A stretch of DNA of 64,000 nucleotides from the NCBI GenBank assembly GCA_002269645.1, contig NIVC01000209.1:124001-188000 (forward strand), given 5' to 3'. The DNA is from Macrostomum lignano. Lineage: Eukaryota. The translations under genes and the position numbers were made by a program. Below are positions 1 to 15,000 of the stretch, piece after piece. The notes beneath the pieces were generated by a model. It was not told the DNA's origin and searched no databases. It saw only the letters and a list, made by a program, of their open reading frames with translations. Each line of letters begins with the position of its first letter. Positions within the stretch are counted from its first letter, which is position 1.

Positions 1-3000
1 CAACCGGAGCACGGTGAATTCTTCTTCGATTTTGTCGGCGCCGCAAAACGACGGCGAGACGATGCCAAGAGAGTCGGCCAGTTCGGCGAGCTCCTTCAGC
101 AGGGAGTTCATCATCTCTACCTGCTTCTTCTTGCTAGTGGACACAGTGTCGCGCAGTTCCTGCAGTTGGCCCTCTTTGACGCTGTCGGCGGCGCGTTGGC
201 GCTGCAGCTCCTCCTGCAGAGTCTCATTCTCTTGCACCTGTTGTGGCATCATTTTTGTAGGGAGGACAAAACGGATTAGCTTGGGAGTTGAACAGTGAAC
301 ACGAATGGGGATAAAAGACGCTTTTAAGGTAGCTTCCTATAAATTTTCAAAATCTGTCTCACAAGGTACAGTATTGGCGCGCTTGTATGTACTCAGGAGT
401 CAGTGGGATGGGCAGAACTGCCTCAGCGCCTGTCGAAATAGAACTATAGAACTACATGGCGCAATCCTACACTCATAGGGCTTCAATAGGCTATCTGCTA
501 TTGCTATCTGGGGGATGCTTGCTATCTGCAGGATGCTTGCTGTCTGGGGGATGCTTGCTGTCTGGGGGATGCTTGCTATCTGCAGGATGCTTGCTGTCTG
601 GGGGATGCTTGCTGTCTGGGGGATGCTTGTTATCTGCAGGATGCTTGCTATCTGGGGGATGCTTGCTATCTGGGGGATGCTTGCTATCTGGGGGATGCTT
701 GTTATCTGCAGGATGCTTGCTATCTGCAGGATGCTTGCTATCTGGGGGATGCTTGCTATCTGGGGATGCTTGCTGTCTGGGGGATGCTTGCTATCTGGGG
801 GATGCTTGCTATCTGGGGGATGCTTGCTATCTGGGGGATGCTTGCTATCTGGGGAATGCTTGCTATCTGGGGGATGCTTGCTATCTGGGGGATGCTTGCT
901 GTCTGGGGGATGCTTGCTATCTGGGGGATGCTTGCTATCTGGGGAATGCTTGCTATCTGGGGGATGCTTGCTGTCTGGGGGATGCTTGCTATCTGGGGAA
1001 TGCTTGCTATCTGGGGGATGCTTGCTATCTGGGGGATGCTTGTTGTCCGGGGATGCTTGCTATCTGGGGGATGCTTGCTGTCTGGGGGATGCTTGCTATC
1101 TGGGGAATGCTTGCTATCTGGGGAATGCTTGCTATCTGGGGGATGCTTGCTATCTGGGGAATGCTTGCTATCTGGGGGATGCTTGCTGTCTGGGGGATGC
1201 TTGCTATCTGGGGAATGCTTGCTATCTGGGGAATGCTTGCTATCTGGGGGATGCTTATTTTATTATAGAAACAATAATAAAATAAAAAACGGTACATTCC
1301 TACCTTCTCAGAAAGTTCATTATTCTTTTGATCGTAGCTCATAGCCAGCTCTTCCAGAGCCTGCAGAACCTCTTTCACTTCGGCTTTAGAAGCCTCATTC
1401 TCGCCTTGGATTCGAGTCAAATCGTTGAACATTGAGTCGTTCTCAGCTTTGAACTTCTTGCTCATCTCGTCCTGCTGTTTGAGCTGATTCTCCAGTTTGC
1501 TAATCGCCTGTTGCAGCTTATTAATCTCTTCGTCTTTCAGATCCAACTCGGCGTAGAGCTCTTCCACCTTGTTCGGATCGTCGCTGGCGCTGGTGCGGGA
1601 GGGGAGGCTGGCGGGCTGCAGGATAGGGGCCGCGCTCGAGCCGCCCGCGGCTGCTGGCGTTCCAACAGCTGAGTCGGGAGCTTCGAAATCGGCGTCTGTG
1701 ACCTGCGGAGGAATTCAATTAATTTAGTTAGTGCGGCCAATAGACAGTGGGTGTGAAAATAGAGACACTAGAGGTGGGAAGAGACATTAGAGTGAAAACA
1801 GAGACAGTGGAGTGAGAATAAAGGCAGTGGGTGAGAAGAGAGACAGTGGGTGAGAAGAGAGACAGTATGGTGAGAATAGACAATAAAGTATAAATAAAGA
1901 CATTGGAGTTAGAAGAGAAAGGTGAGAATAGAAACAATGGGGTGAGAATAAAGGCAGTGGGTGAGAATAGAGACAGTGGAGTGAGAATAGAGACAAAGCG
2001 GTGAGAGTGGAGACAGTAGGTAAGAATAGATAGTGGAGCGAGAATAGAGACAGTATGTAAGAATAGAGATAGTGGGTAACAATAGAGATAGTGGAGTGAG
2101 GATAGAGACAAAGGTGTGAGAATAGAGACAAAGGGGTGAGAATGGAGACAGTAGGTAAGAATAGAGATAGTGGAGTGAGAATAGAGACAAAGGTGTGAGA
2201 AAAGAGATAGTGGGGTGAGAGCCAGGGGGGATGTGAGAATACAATAAAACATATAAACATGAGAGAGCAGACAAAAACAAGAATAGACAAATGAGTAAGG
2301 ACTCACCTGCTCATCAGCTTCCACGCGTTCGCCCTGCCTCCATCTAACCAGCTCGGCGCGCAATGAGGCCACAATGCCCAACAGTTTCTCATTCTTAGCC
2401 TTCTCAATCTCGTAGCGTCTCTGCCACTCTTCGGCTGTGAGTTGAATCTGCTGTGCAACAGAATTCTTAATAGTCTTAGCCCGAACGCCAAACATTAGTG
2501 TGGATTTAGTCTCGGCAGCATTATAAGAGGCCGGAGAACAGCAGATTAGCATAGTAGTCTTGGCATTGCCGCCAAGAGACTCTTGCAATATGCGAGTGAG
2601 CTTGGAGTCGCGATAGGGCACGTAGGCGTTATTCTCAACTAGGGCGTTGATCACATTGCCCAGAGTGGATAGCGACTTGTTGATCATCTTGGCTTCGTCT
2701 AGGGTGACACCTTCGGCGCCGGTTTTGGACACCTTCTCGGAGCCGGCCAGATCAACTAGGTGCAGCTTGCCGAATAGGGTCTGCTGGTCCTCGGTGTTGG
2801 TTCGCTTGATTTTAATCATGAATACGCGATGGCTGCGTGAACTGACAGCGTTCATGTCTGCGAGCGGATTGAAATATGAGCAATAATTAACACTAATTAG
2901 ATGGCTACAGAGGGAATCCATTCATGGATTTTACTATCTTCACAATCCCCTAATCGTCACAATCCCCTAACCTTCATATCAATCCCCTAATTTCATCACA

Positions 3001-6000
3001 ATCCAATAATCTTCACAATCCCCTAATCGTCACAATCCCCTAACCTTCATATCAATCCCCTAATCTTCATCACAATCCAATAATCTGCACAATCCTTTAA
3101 TCTTCACAAATCCCTTAATCTTCTTCACAATCCTTTAATCTTCATCACAATCCAATAATCTTCACAAATCCCTTAATCTTCATCACAATCCCCTAATCTT
3201 TAAAATCCCCTAATCTTCACAATCCTTTAATCTTCACAAATCCCTTAATCTTCTTCACAATCCTTTAATCTTCATCACAATCCAATAATCTTCACAAATC
3301 CCTTAATCTTCATCACAATCCCCTAATCTTCATCACAATCCAATAATCTTCACAATCCCCTTAATCTTTATAATCTTTTAATATTCATCAAAATTAAATA
3401 ATCTTCATAATCTCTTAATTTTCACAATCTTCTAATCTTCATATCAATCAATCCCCTAATCTTTATCACAATCCAATGATCTTCACAATCCAATAATATT
3501 CACAATCCCGTAATCTTCACAATCCTGTTTTCTTTACAATCCCCTTATTTTCCCAATCTTAAAATCTTCAGAATCGCCTTATATTAGTTGTTAATATAAT
3601 ATATTATTATTACTTATCTTACTCAATATAAGTAAGAAACTGTATCTGGCTGACATGAAACAACATACTTGTAGCCGTGACGTGGCAGTTCTGGCGACCC
3701 TTTTGAATCGTTTGGAAAATCTCGTCTGGATTCCACACTTGCACCTCCGTGACGCCCTGGAATGAGCAATGACAGTGAGTAGTACAGGCGTTGTTTGTTT
3801 GATAATACACTGGCTCTAAGGGAATTGCTGTTTTTATAAAAAAATGGTGGTGGATCTGGGAGGCTGACCCAGCAGCTGGGGATCTGGGAGGCTGACCCAG
3901 CAGCTGGGGATCTGGGAGGCTGGCCCAGAAACTGAGGATCTGGGAGGCTGGCCCAGCAACTGGGGATCTGGAAGACTGGCCCAGCAACTGAGCATCTGGG
4001 AGGCTGGCCCAGCAACTGGGGATCTGGGAGACTGGCCCAGCAACTGGGGATCTGGAAGACTGGCCCAGCAACTGAGGATCTGGTAGGCTGGCCCAGCAAC
4101 TGGGGATCTGGAAGGCTGGCCCAACAACTGAGGATCTGGGAGGCTGGCCCAGCAACTGGGGATCTGGGAGGCTGGCCCAGCAACTGGGGATCTGGGAGGC
4201 TGACCCAGCAACTGGGGATCTGGGAGGCTGGCCCAGCAACTGGGGATCTGGGAGGCTGACCCAGCAACTGGGGATCTGGGAGGCTGGCCCAGCAACTGGG
4301 GATCTGGGAGGCTGGCCCAGCAACTGAGGATCTGGGAGGCTGACCCAGCAACTGGGGATCTGGGAGGCTGGCCCAGCAACTGGGGATCTGGGAGGCTGGC
4401 CCAGCAACTGGGGATCTGGGAGGCTGGCCCAGCAACTGAGGATCTAGGAGGCTGGCCCAGCAACTGGGGATCTGGAAGGCTGGCCCAACAACTGAGGATC
4501 TGGGAGGCTGGCCCAGCAACTGGGGATCTGGGAGGCTGGCCCAGCAACTGAGGATCTGGGAGGCTGACCCAGCAACTGGGGATCTGGGAGGCTGGCCCAG
4601 CAACTGGGGATCTGGAAGACTGGCCCAGCAACTGAGCATCTGGGAGGCTGGCCCAGCAACTGGGGATCTGGGAGACTGGCCCAGCAACTGAGGATCTGGG
4701 AGGCTGGCCCAGCAACTGGGGATCTGGAAGACTGGCCCAGCAACTGAGGATCTGGTAGGCTGGCCCAGCAACTGGGGATCTGGAAGGCTGGCCCAACAAC
4801 TGAGGATCTGGGAGGCTGGCCCAGCAACTGGGGATCTGGGAGGCTGACCCAGCAACTGGGGATCTGGGAGGCTGGCCCAGCAACTGGGGATCTGGGAGGC
4901 TGACCCAGCAACTGGGGATCTGGGAGGCTGGCCCAGCAACTGGGGATCTGGGAGGCTGGCCCAGCAACTGGGGATCTGGGAGGCTGGCCCAGCAACTGAG
5001 GATCTGGGAGGCTGGCCCACAGATACTATAAACACTAGATAGGCCACTCCAGCTAATTTTCACAACACGACAGTTTACTCTACTTTCTGCTTAGTAGTAG
5101 TAAAAACATTTTAGCGTTATTTATATTTTTTTTATAAAAAACAGATAAATGCAATGCAGCAATTGTATTGATTTTTTTGCAAAAAGAAACTTATAATTAT
5201 ACTTTCTACAATTCAAAGCAACATTGTGAATGCTTTAGATTGCATAGAAGGCTATATTATTGCAGTCAACTATTGTATATTTAGCAAATATGAGCTATAT
5301 CATATACTCCATAATCCATATTCGTGTAGCAAAATAGAAAGATTTCTCATCTTAATCAGCTCATCTGTTTGTGAAACTCGCAGCGTGCTGTCGAAGAACA
5401 GGGTTGCCAGTCGCCCTTGTTCAGAGGCAGCATTCAGAACGGCCCAACAGATGAAAAAAACTGGCGAATGCGCCACTTCAAGGTCCAGGGATGTATCCGA
5501 TGGAGAGCCAATCCTCAGTGGTTTCGTAACAGGCAGCCGATAAGCAGCAGGACTTTTGTGGTGCAGCTGCAATGAGCTGCTGATGAGATGACATCCTTTG
5601 ACCAGAGCACCCCTGACTGCGAGCGCCCTGCCGCCCAGTCGACCGCTGGAAGCTGCGCTAGCCACGCCTCCACAGTCCATGGATGCACGACTGCGCTGCA
5701 CTTGCCTTGACCCTCGAGAGTTGCTGCTGCAGCCGCTTGATTCGCCTGTCGCTTTCGGGATTGCCGCTGCAGCCGCTTGATTTGCCTGTCGCTTTCGGGA
5801 TTGCCGCTGCAGCCGCTTGATTTGCCTGTCGCTTTCGGGATTGCCGCTGCAGCCGCTTGATTTGCCTGTCGCTTTCGGGATTGCCGCTGCAGCCGCTTGA
5901 TTTGCCTGTCGCTTTCGGGATTGCCGCTGCAGCCGCTTGATTTGCCTGTCGCTTTCGGGATTGCCGCTGCAGCCGCTTGATTCGCCTGTCACTTTCGGGA

Positions 6001-9000
6001 TCGTTGCTGCAGCCGCTTGATCGTTGACTCTAGCGCTTGGAATCCGCGAATCGGCTGCAGAGGTGAGAGCTTTCAGCCGCAACAGCTGTTCTCGGCGCAG
6101 AATCTGGTAGCCGAAGGTTGCTCTGCCAGCACTGGAGGGTACATGTCGTCTGCCTCTTCATCGTTTATCAGTCCTTTGCACAGAGGGTAGCTGGTCTATT
6201 TGAACGAGCCGAGGCAGCATCAACTAACTCTTGGTGTGGGATTGCGTCCCAGCGAAAACAGATGTCTTCTGTCTTGCACATCCGTGGCACTTTGTAAGGC
6301 AGCAGTAGGCCTCGACCATAAAGTGCAAGCTGAACACACGTAGGCCCCGTGATTTAATTGTTTATAAAGGTCAATATCCACGCTCCTGCAGTAGCTGCTT
6401 CCAGCGCTTCGCCAGTGTCATCTTTTGGTAATTTATGCATTCGCAACGGATTTTTCTTTCTCGGATGTTAATAGCACTAGTACAGAGCTCGTGCAAGTGG
6501 GAGCACAGCAGTGGTTCGAATCAAAACATTTCTCGAGTACGAGATTAGATAGAAAAGCTAGTATGCACTCGAACTTTCTTTAACTCTGACTCTTGTCCTG
6601 TTTATCTAAATAAGCTTGTATTTAAGCACGATTCGCCACCCCCAAATTTTCTAAACCACAACCTCTCAGTCTCAACCCCCACCCCCAACCTAGCTATGTG
6701 CAGTCCTTTATTTTCTATCCCACCACCAGTGGGCCCAAATTATCGATCCACTCACCCTGCCTTATACGAAACTGATATTAACCCTATTCCAGACTACCCC
6801 CCTTCCTCCACTTTGAAAGATAGCGGCATTGTACACTGTCTGTCGCGTATTAATGTACACCATTACTGCACAAAACAAGTTATTTGTTTATGACGTTAGC
6901 AAAACGATGTCTTAAAAACAGTCACTCGATTTGTCTAATTTAGCAAATAATACTGTTGCTTCCTTACAGTGCTACTAAGCAGAAAGTAGAATAAAAAACT
7001 TGCCCAGAAAATTAGCTTGAGTGGCCTATCTAGTGTTTATAGTATCTGTGGGCTGGCCCAGCAACTGGGGATCTGGAAGACTGGCCCAGCAACTGAGGAT
7101 CTGGTAGGCTGGCCCAGCAACTGGGGATCTGGAAGGCTGGCCCAACAACTGAGGATCTGGGAGGCTGGCCCAGCAACTGGGGATCTGGGAGGCTGGCCCA
7201 GCAACTGGGGATCTGGGAGGCTGACCCAGCAACTGGGGATCTGGGAGGCTGGCCCAGCAACTGGGGATCTGGGAGGCTGACCCAGCAACTGGGGATCTGG
7301 GAGGCTGGCCCAGCAACTGGGGATCTGGGAGGCTGGCCCAGCAACTGGGGATCTGGGAGGCTGGCCCAGCAACTGAGGATCTGGGAGGCTGACCCAGCAA
7401 CTGGGGATCTGGGAGGCTGGCCCAGCAACTGGGGATCTGGGAGGCTGGCCCAGCAACTGGGGATCTGGGAGGCTGGCCCAGCAACTGAGGATCTAGGAGG
7501 CTGGCCCAGCAACTGGGGATCTGGAAGGCTGGCCCAACAACTGAGGATCTGGGAGGCTGGCCCAGCAACTGGGGATCTGGGAGGCTGGCCCAGCAACTGA
7601 GGATCTGGGAGGCTGACCCAGCAACTGGGGATCTGGGAGGCTGGCTTAGCAACTGGGGATCTGGGAGGCTGACCCAGCAACTGGGGATCTGGGAGGCTGG
7701 CCCAGCAACTGGGGATCTGGCTGACCCAGCAACTGAGGATCTGGGAGGCTGGCCCAGCAACTGGGGATCTGGAAGACTGGCCCAGCAACTGAGGATCTGG
7801 GAGGCTGGCCCAGCAACTGAGGATCTGGTAGGCTGGCCCAGCAACTGGGAATTCGGGAAGGCAGCTCACCTTGATGTAGGGCACTCGCTTCTCAGTTTCA
7901 TGGATAGGCAGGTTGGCATTGGAGCTATTAAGTAAGTCCTGGATCTTCTCCATGTACAGCTCCACGTAGGACACTTCAATTTCGAATTCGAATCTCGAGT
8001 CCAAGCCGTAGATGTAGCCGAAAATGTCTTGAATAATTCGCGGTATAATGCCCTGATTGACAGGGTCGTCAAGGTCGCCCTCCATTGAGTGGGTCTTGCC
8101 AGAGGATGTTTGGCCATAAGCAAAGATTGTCCCATTGTAGCCATTCATAACATCGTCAACAATTGGCTTGGCAACAAAATCGTAGACATCAGCCTGGCTG
8201 TCATGGGGGCCAAATACGCGGTCGAAGGTGTAGTTCTTGCCCTATAGAAAGAAAAGGGGTAAATTCTAAGGGATTTTCACAAACAAAATACTTTTCAGTA
8301 GATTTTTTATAAATATAATAATCTTTCAAAGCATTTTTGAAATATTTGAAACATGAACACTAATAAAATGACTACTAATTGATAACATGAAGCATATCCT
8401 ACCACTAAAAAAATGTTCACAATAAAAATGTACTTGAAATTTTCAAAATGCTTTTTTGACCTATATGACTAATTCCTTACATTGCTAGCATCAATTCATC
8501 AATGCAGAATTTATTAGATTTTCTACATGTCTTTTTTCACTTTCACTCTCTACCTTTATGGACTTCGATGTTTGAAACATGCCCCCCCCCCTGTCTAATA
8601 ACATGCATATTGGTATTACTACCAAATTAAAACAAAAAGTATCTACCTAAAATGAAGAAAAAGAAAAGAAAAACAAACATGGCACAATTTTAAAACACAA
8701 GAAATGCTTTATGGCAAAGCAATGACTTGCTAAAAGGTTTAATAATATTTAATGCTATAGGAACGAAGTATAAAAAAGATTGACATAAAAACTTTATTTC
8801 ATCAAGCTATTTTCAATAAAGGAAAATCATTTTTTGCATAATTTTCAATTTTATTTTTTCAATTTAATTTAATTGTTTTTTCTCAGAAATGTAACAATGG
8901 TTTCCTTCTGTTTATAATAGAAGAACAGGTTCTTAGGCAAAGTTTTCAGGCAATGTTGTCAGCTCCTGGTCTAGATGTTTTTACCCTTTGATAGATGTTC

Positions 9001-12000
9001 TGTCTTCTAATGCAATTCCAAAGATTTTAAATCTAGAGGTCTCATTCTGATTGTATTACTTTTTTGAATAGGTTTTATTTTTTGGTATATCCATATACTA
9101 AAAATGGTCTATTGGTATCCATCTATCTAGGTAGGTATGTGACCTTTCCTAGAAATGGATATTTTGAAAGCTCTGCCATTTTGTTAAACTGTACAAATAT
9201 TAGAAATATTTTGTATATTCTGCATATTATTGTTTTGTTTTAAATAGTAACCATTGTCCTCTGTATAGGCGACTCTGCAGCAGTTTAACAGTAGATGGCA
9301 ATTGGCAAAATCAAGGCTTGTAAACATGGTTTATTAAAGAGAGAGGAAAGATGAGAGAATAGAAGAGATGATAGAGATGAGAGCAGAGATAAAAGGAGAA
9401 ATGAGAAATGAGAGAATAGAAGAGATGATAGAGATAAGAGCAGAGATAAAAGAGAAGAGAGAGAAAAAGGGAGACAAGAGCGGGAAGAAGAGATAAGAAT
9501 AGAGAAGGAAAAGACAAGAGAGAAGAGAAAGCAAAAGAGAAGATAGAAGTTTCAAAGGATCCAAGGGATATAAAGAGACACAGAGGCAGAGAACAGAGTT
9601 TGCCAATACACATTTTAAACAGACATTGCCTTATATTCCATCAATGAGATCAATGCTTGCCTCAAATCTTAGTTATATGAATTTATTTCATTTTATGTTT
9701 ATCCTTATCTTAACCATCAAAAAGTTTTTTTAAATGATTTCAGATATTAGAATATAAGCAAAAAGTTCTAGGGATTGGAATTATAAAAGTTTAAAATTTG
9801 TAGGTTTCAATAGCTTGTTTGATATTAATAGAAAAATACTTATAGCAAATATACTTTAATCAAACAAGCTTTGTATAAAGGAACTTAACACCAGAAGGCA
9901 AATCTATATATAAATGTTGCACCATTTGCCTGTCTATCTGTCTGCCCATCTGTTGTTGATTTTTTTGAGAACTATCTGGCCATTTTTTTCAAATTAAAAA
10001 AACTCCTTATTTTTCAAGGATCATGCATAACTTTTTTGATGAAAAATTCCAATGGGAAGTGTGTCAAATATTTGAAAAAAGATTTTTTATGCTTTCAATG
10101 GCACTCTATTTCTTAATTTAATTGCTCAGTTCAACCATTTAGGTCTAACCTTGGACAATTTATCAAGTAGAATGTACATTCACAATAAAGTTAAGGAGAC
10201 ATTTTATGACACTTTACATAGTAGGCTCACAATTTGTAGGATTGTTTAAATTTTATTATTGTTTACCAACCAGTCTAATAAATATAGATAATTGATAAAA
10301 GAATGAGTGCATAGGAGGGAGGGGGTTAAAAAGATAGCCTGAAATTTATCAACCCCCTAAACTGCTCTGATCTTGATTGTCTTATTTTATGAATACAACA
10401 CTAGGTTAGTGATGGATCCGAATATTCGGATTCGGATTCAGAATCCGAAAAAAGTCTCACTTTTTTAGAAATCCAAATGTTTCGGATTTGGAAATTTTTT
10501 TTCCGAATATCCAAATGTGCTTCCAAATATGAAAAAAGCAAACAACCAAAAACAAAATTATGCTAACGTAAAAGAAATACAACTTTTTGAAAAGAAAGTC
10601 AGTTAAAAAACAATCAACGTAAAATTTAACGTAATATTGCTCGTTTTTACAATTGTCTGTTTTGCAATAACATATATTATTAAAAAGTGTTAATAAGTAA
10701 AGTCACTTAACATCGGAACCTTTGAGGCATTCAACCTAAAGTTGAAGAAACATTTAATTGCAGTAATCATTGTTTAAGTGTAATCATCACTTTTTTCAAA
10801 ATGCAAATTAATGTGCACGGACTTTACGTGCACACAGTAAAGTTATCAAATTGCACAAACGTTATGTCAGTTAGTATTAGTATTTGGAATTAGTTAGATT
10901 AGATATATAAGAATTGAGTTCAATTCTAAGTTTAATTCAATTCAGATACTAGATAGATATAGTATAAGCCCGAGATTAGATTGAATCTTGTCAGTAAATT
11001 AATGTACAGCGCTAATACGATTACTAATTAGATGATGAGGCATTTTCGTCACTAAAAGGTGTCATAGTTACTCCCGCCGTGTACCTTTTACTTTTTTCTA
11101 CATTCGGAAACATATTCGGATATTTGGATTCAGATTCGGAATTTTTTTGTACATTTGGATTTGGTTTCGGAAACTTGCAAAAATCTACATTTGGTCCATC
11201 ACTACACTAGGTGGTGCAATTTCAAATGGGGATAATAGCAAATGGGCCCAATAAATTTAGATTCATTTGGCAAATTGGTATATAAAATTTATACCAATTG
11301 TTAATGGGTCAAAAAAATTACACCAATTGTTATAGAGTCAAATATTTGAAAAACAAAATTTTCAATGTTTGAATTTTTTTTTGAATGCCTATTATTAGGG
11401 GCTTGGTGTCATAGTGTGCTTATATACTCAGTAATATTGAAAAGTTGCCATCATAGAAGATTCTATCTATGGTTGCCACTTTTGAGAGTGCAAGTAAAGT
11501 CTCTCTATCTTTGGAAGTGACACAAATTGCTACACCGTGGCAGGCTTAAGTGGAGGAATAAAGTGGGGCCTACAATGTGCTAGGGTTTTGTTGGATAGAT
11601 TAAAGCTATCTAATTAGTTTTCTTGTATCTTTTATTTTAGAATAGGCCCTAGTCCAAGAGAAATTGCTCAATGGCGCATAAAGTAGCAATTTTTTATTGT
11701 TGCTGAGTATATATAAAATTTCAAACAAAGAAAAATAGATTTGGATTTGGAACCCAGGTAGCATTTTGATGTCAATTTGCAGTTGCGTTGACATCGCAAA
11801 AATTACCTTCGCAAATCTATTCACCCCAGCCCGTCTTCGTTGATATTGTAGTTTATTTTTGCATAATTAGATGCCAGAGTCAATATGCATTTATAGTCAT
11901 CATTTTGCTAGCTCAATTATACCTGTAAAATAGCAAATAAGTAACGTAAAATATTCATTGAAAGTAGGTTGAAAAATCAACGTCAAACTTTAGTCATTAT

Positions 12001-15000
12001 GGAACCCAAAATTTGACATTTCTATGCTACATTACTATATAATAACGTAGATTGAATGATTTTTATAACACTGAAAAAAGTAAGGGAAAAAGTAAGGCTC
12101 GTTTTTTTACAGTTTTATTTTGTTAATATGTATTATTAAAATTGTACATATTTGAAAATTTTGCTGCATGATAAATTGCTATATATTATAGATCATAAGT
12201 GGCGTTGCTTTTTTATTTAGTTAGTGTTACCTGCTATATGAAACTTCACCTTCACGATGATATCAAACGTCATCTTTCTCCTGGTTGAATATTATTCGAA
12301 ATATTTTCAGCTGCCATAAAACATACATAAAGCAATACCAAATCATGGCTGATTTAGCTACTAATACAAACTTTGCTAAATTGGCTGGCTAATAAGATAG
12401 TTGCTCATTTTAATTCTACGACTTTCTCTCTCCCCATTTCCTATCAGTACTGCTGTTTATATTGGAAATATACAGTACTAATAGCCTTGCCTACCACAAG
12501 TATTGCATTGATTACAACTACTTGAGTTAAACATAATTCCTATCAAAATAATAATTGTCTGGAAATCAAATTCCTACATACATACAGTTTGCAGAGAACT
12601 GCTTGATTTTCGAATCAGTCTTACTCTCAGCCTAATCATATATAATCATTGGACCTTAGATATCATGGCCTATCCAAGATCCAATTTCAAATTTTTATTT
12701 GGAAGGTGCAGTTGTTCTAGCATTTCTATCATACAAAAAATCTTGGCATACTTAATTTGACATTAATATTTCTTGTTTCTTAGTTTTACTAATCAGCCAT
12801 TTAATGACATTATATTTATTATACATGCTAAGTTCATGTTAGGCCTAGCATTTAAAATATACTTTAGTTTCCTAGTTAGCTTGTAAGGGATTTAAAGTAA
12901 ATAAAAGAAAAGGAAAGAGCTAGGCGGTGGTTCTTATTTTTATGTGGTTAAAAGACAGCGGAGTAAGAAATAAGGTAGAAGTAAGGAAGAAGTAAAGATT
13001 ATCCGCTGTGGGCACCGTATATTTATAGCCATCAGGAGCATCGAATATTTATAAATGCGAGTATTGAAATTAGTTACTTTGAAAGAAATTTCGAGAATTT
13101 AATTTGTACTATACGGGGAAATTTCTAGAAATTAAATAATTCAAATTCATCGAACTTTTGCGAAGGTCACTACAAGCTCATTAAAATCTTTAGTAGGCCC
13201 TAATTTCTCATTGTAGCACTCTTAGAGCTACAATTTCCTTAACAAACTTATGCTTAGCTATATTCTATATTAAAACATATATTTATTAATGTTTTGCCCC
13301 ATTAAGTAGCCTATAGTTTGTTAATCATATTTAGACATATTTTAGACATTATTGTAGCATTGCTAGGGCACTATTGTTTAATTTTTGGTTGAGCAGATTT
13401 TTTAGTTGAATAGAAAGTCTGAACAAAAGTAAAAAGATTTATAGGATTATGTATAAAAATCCTAAGACTAAGAGTAAGGCTAAAGACTTCTGTATAATAT
13501 AGTTTTGTATATTGCAATTTATGGATGTATAAAATATAACTTTACCAATGCATAAGTCAAAATCTTTTTATAACCAAATATACTTTTTTCTGTCTATTTC
13601 AGATGGCCACCTAGGTGAAGAGGACAGGAGAGATTGCTACTATATGCCATCAATGATACTAATTCCAACTCCTAGATGAGAAGGAGAAAATTTATTCCTA
13701 TGATGACATCATCCCTGCTTATTGGAACAAGTTGTCATGAAGGGATGTCAGCTAGTCAATTTGAGAAAGGAGTTGAGGAAGAGGATAACAATTCACCATT
13801 TGATTCAGTCTCCTCCAATTCAGAGACTGAGGACTATCAAGAATTTGATGTTGATCTTCTGAGTGAAAGACTGGGCAATATGCAGCAATATGCAACTACT
13901 CTCTATTTATTTATTCTACAGTTCTGTTGTTTGCTACTTTTATCCTTATATTTGTTTCAATGACACTGTTTTCAATATTCTATTCTGTTTTGTCAGTACT
14001 ATCATTTTTGGCACTATTGTAAATTTTTCAACTTTTAAAATTTAATTTATTACTATCCTTTTCATAAATTTTCATATGCAAGTATCAACTTAATTTGTGT
14101 TAAAATAACAATTTACAAAGAAAAGTAACATCTATATATAACTTCTAAATCCAATGTCTACAATATGTAGCTCGTATGTATACAAGAGAAGATGAATATA
14201 AGGCTTTGTCCGCATGTATTCTTGTTTAATATTTTCTGGTAAAAATGTAACTATTAGCCAGGGGCATAGCCAAGTGGAATCATTAGGGTCATGAACCCGC
14301 CCCCCACCCAGCCGGCTGATCCAGGCCAAATATAGGCAGCAGCCCCCCTCCCCCGTCGCAGAGGCCTAGCACCCCGCCCCCGGTTGCCGCTGTGACTGTG
14401 ACCCCCGGAAGGAAATTCCTAGCTACGCCATTGCAATTAGCTTCTAGAAATAAGGGTACATGTACTGCCTACACACATTCAAAGAAAGTTGACTTCAGAA
14501 TGCAAAGATAACCATCAATCATAAAGCCAGTAACATTTGTTTTCTTAAAAGACATCATACCAGTCATTTCGTGCATTTAAAAGCCATTAAATCTATTAAA
14601 TAAAGATGGTAAAATTTCGGTACATTTTGACGTCAAAACAACGTCACAGATCCAGGTCAAAATTACGTAAAAAACATCAACAGAATTGACGTCATTTCGA
14701 CGTTACACTTTGACCTATTTTCAACATCATTTTGATGTCGCACAACGTCACTTTGCTACCCGGGGAAGTTGGTCAACTATTCAAAAAAAGTTTTTCTATG
14801 CTATCAATGTTTTGAATTTTGAATTTGAATGCCCCCATGGGGGCATAATAGAGTAGTTTATTCTATATTTATATGTAAATAGCATTTTAGTTATGTGTTG
14901 GAGGCTTGACAAAAGTAGGACTTAAAATCAAACAAATGGGCCAAATATGTATTTTTATATAACACCAACAATAACACAATTTTACACTATATATAAAGTA

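Noticed and set aside
456-1344. Long ORFs over the 18-nt array (and similar ORFs at 3619-5063, 7017-7844, 23191-23830, 25113-26753, 28807-29632, 31155-32340, 35906-36383, 44016-44498, 46794-47478, 50061-50456)
   Set aside because: Stop-free frames produced by tandem repeats; open in multiple frames or strands, and lying in introns defined by flanking conserved exons or in intergenic repeat tracts.
12225-12320. Candidate Khc first exon ([15 protein letters not shown]|GT)
   Set aside because: Wrong phase for the 8241 acceptor and lacks the CRxRP motif; the true exon 1 is 15197-15072.
13600-13963. Acidic 95-aa ORF in Khc intron 1 (plus strand)
   Set aside because: No recognisable domain, upstream frame broken by stops, no partner exons identified; possibly a transposon relic.
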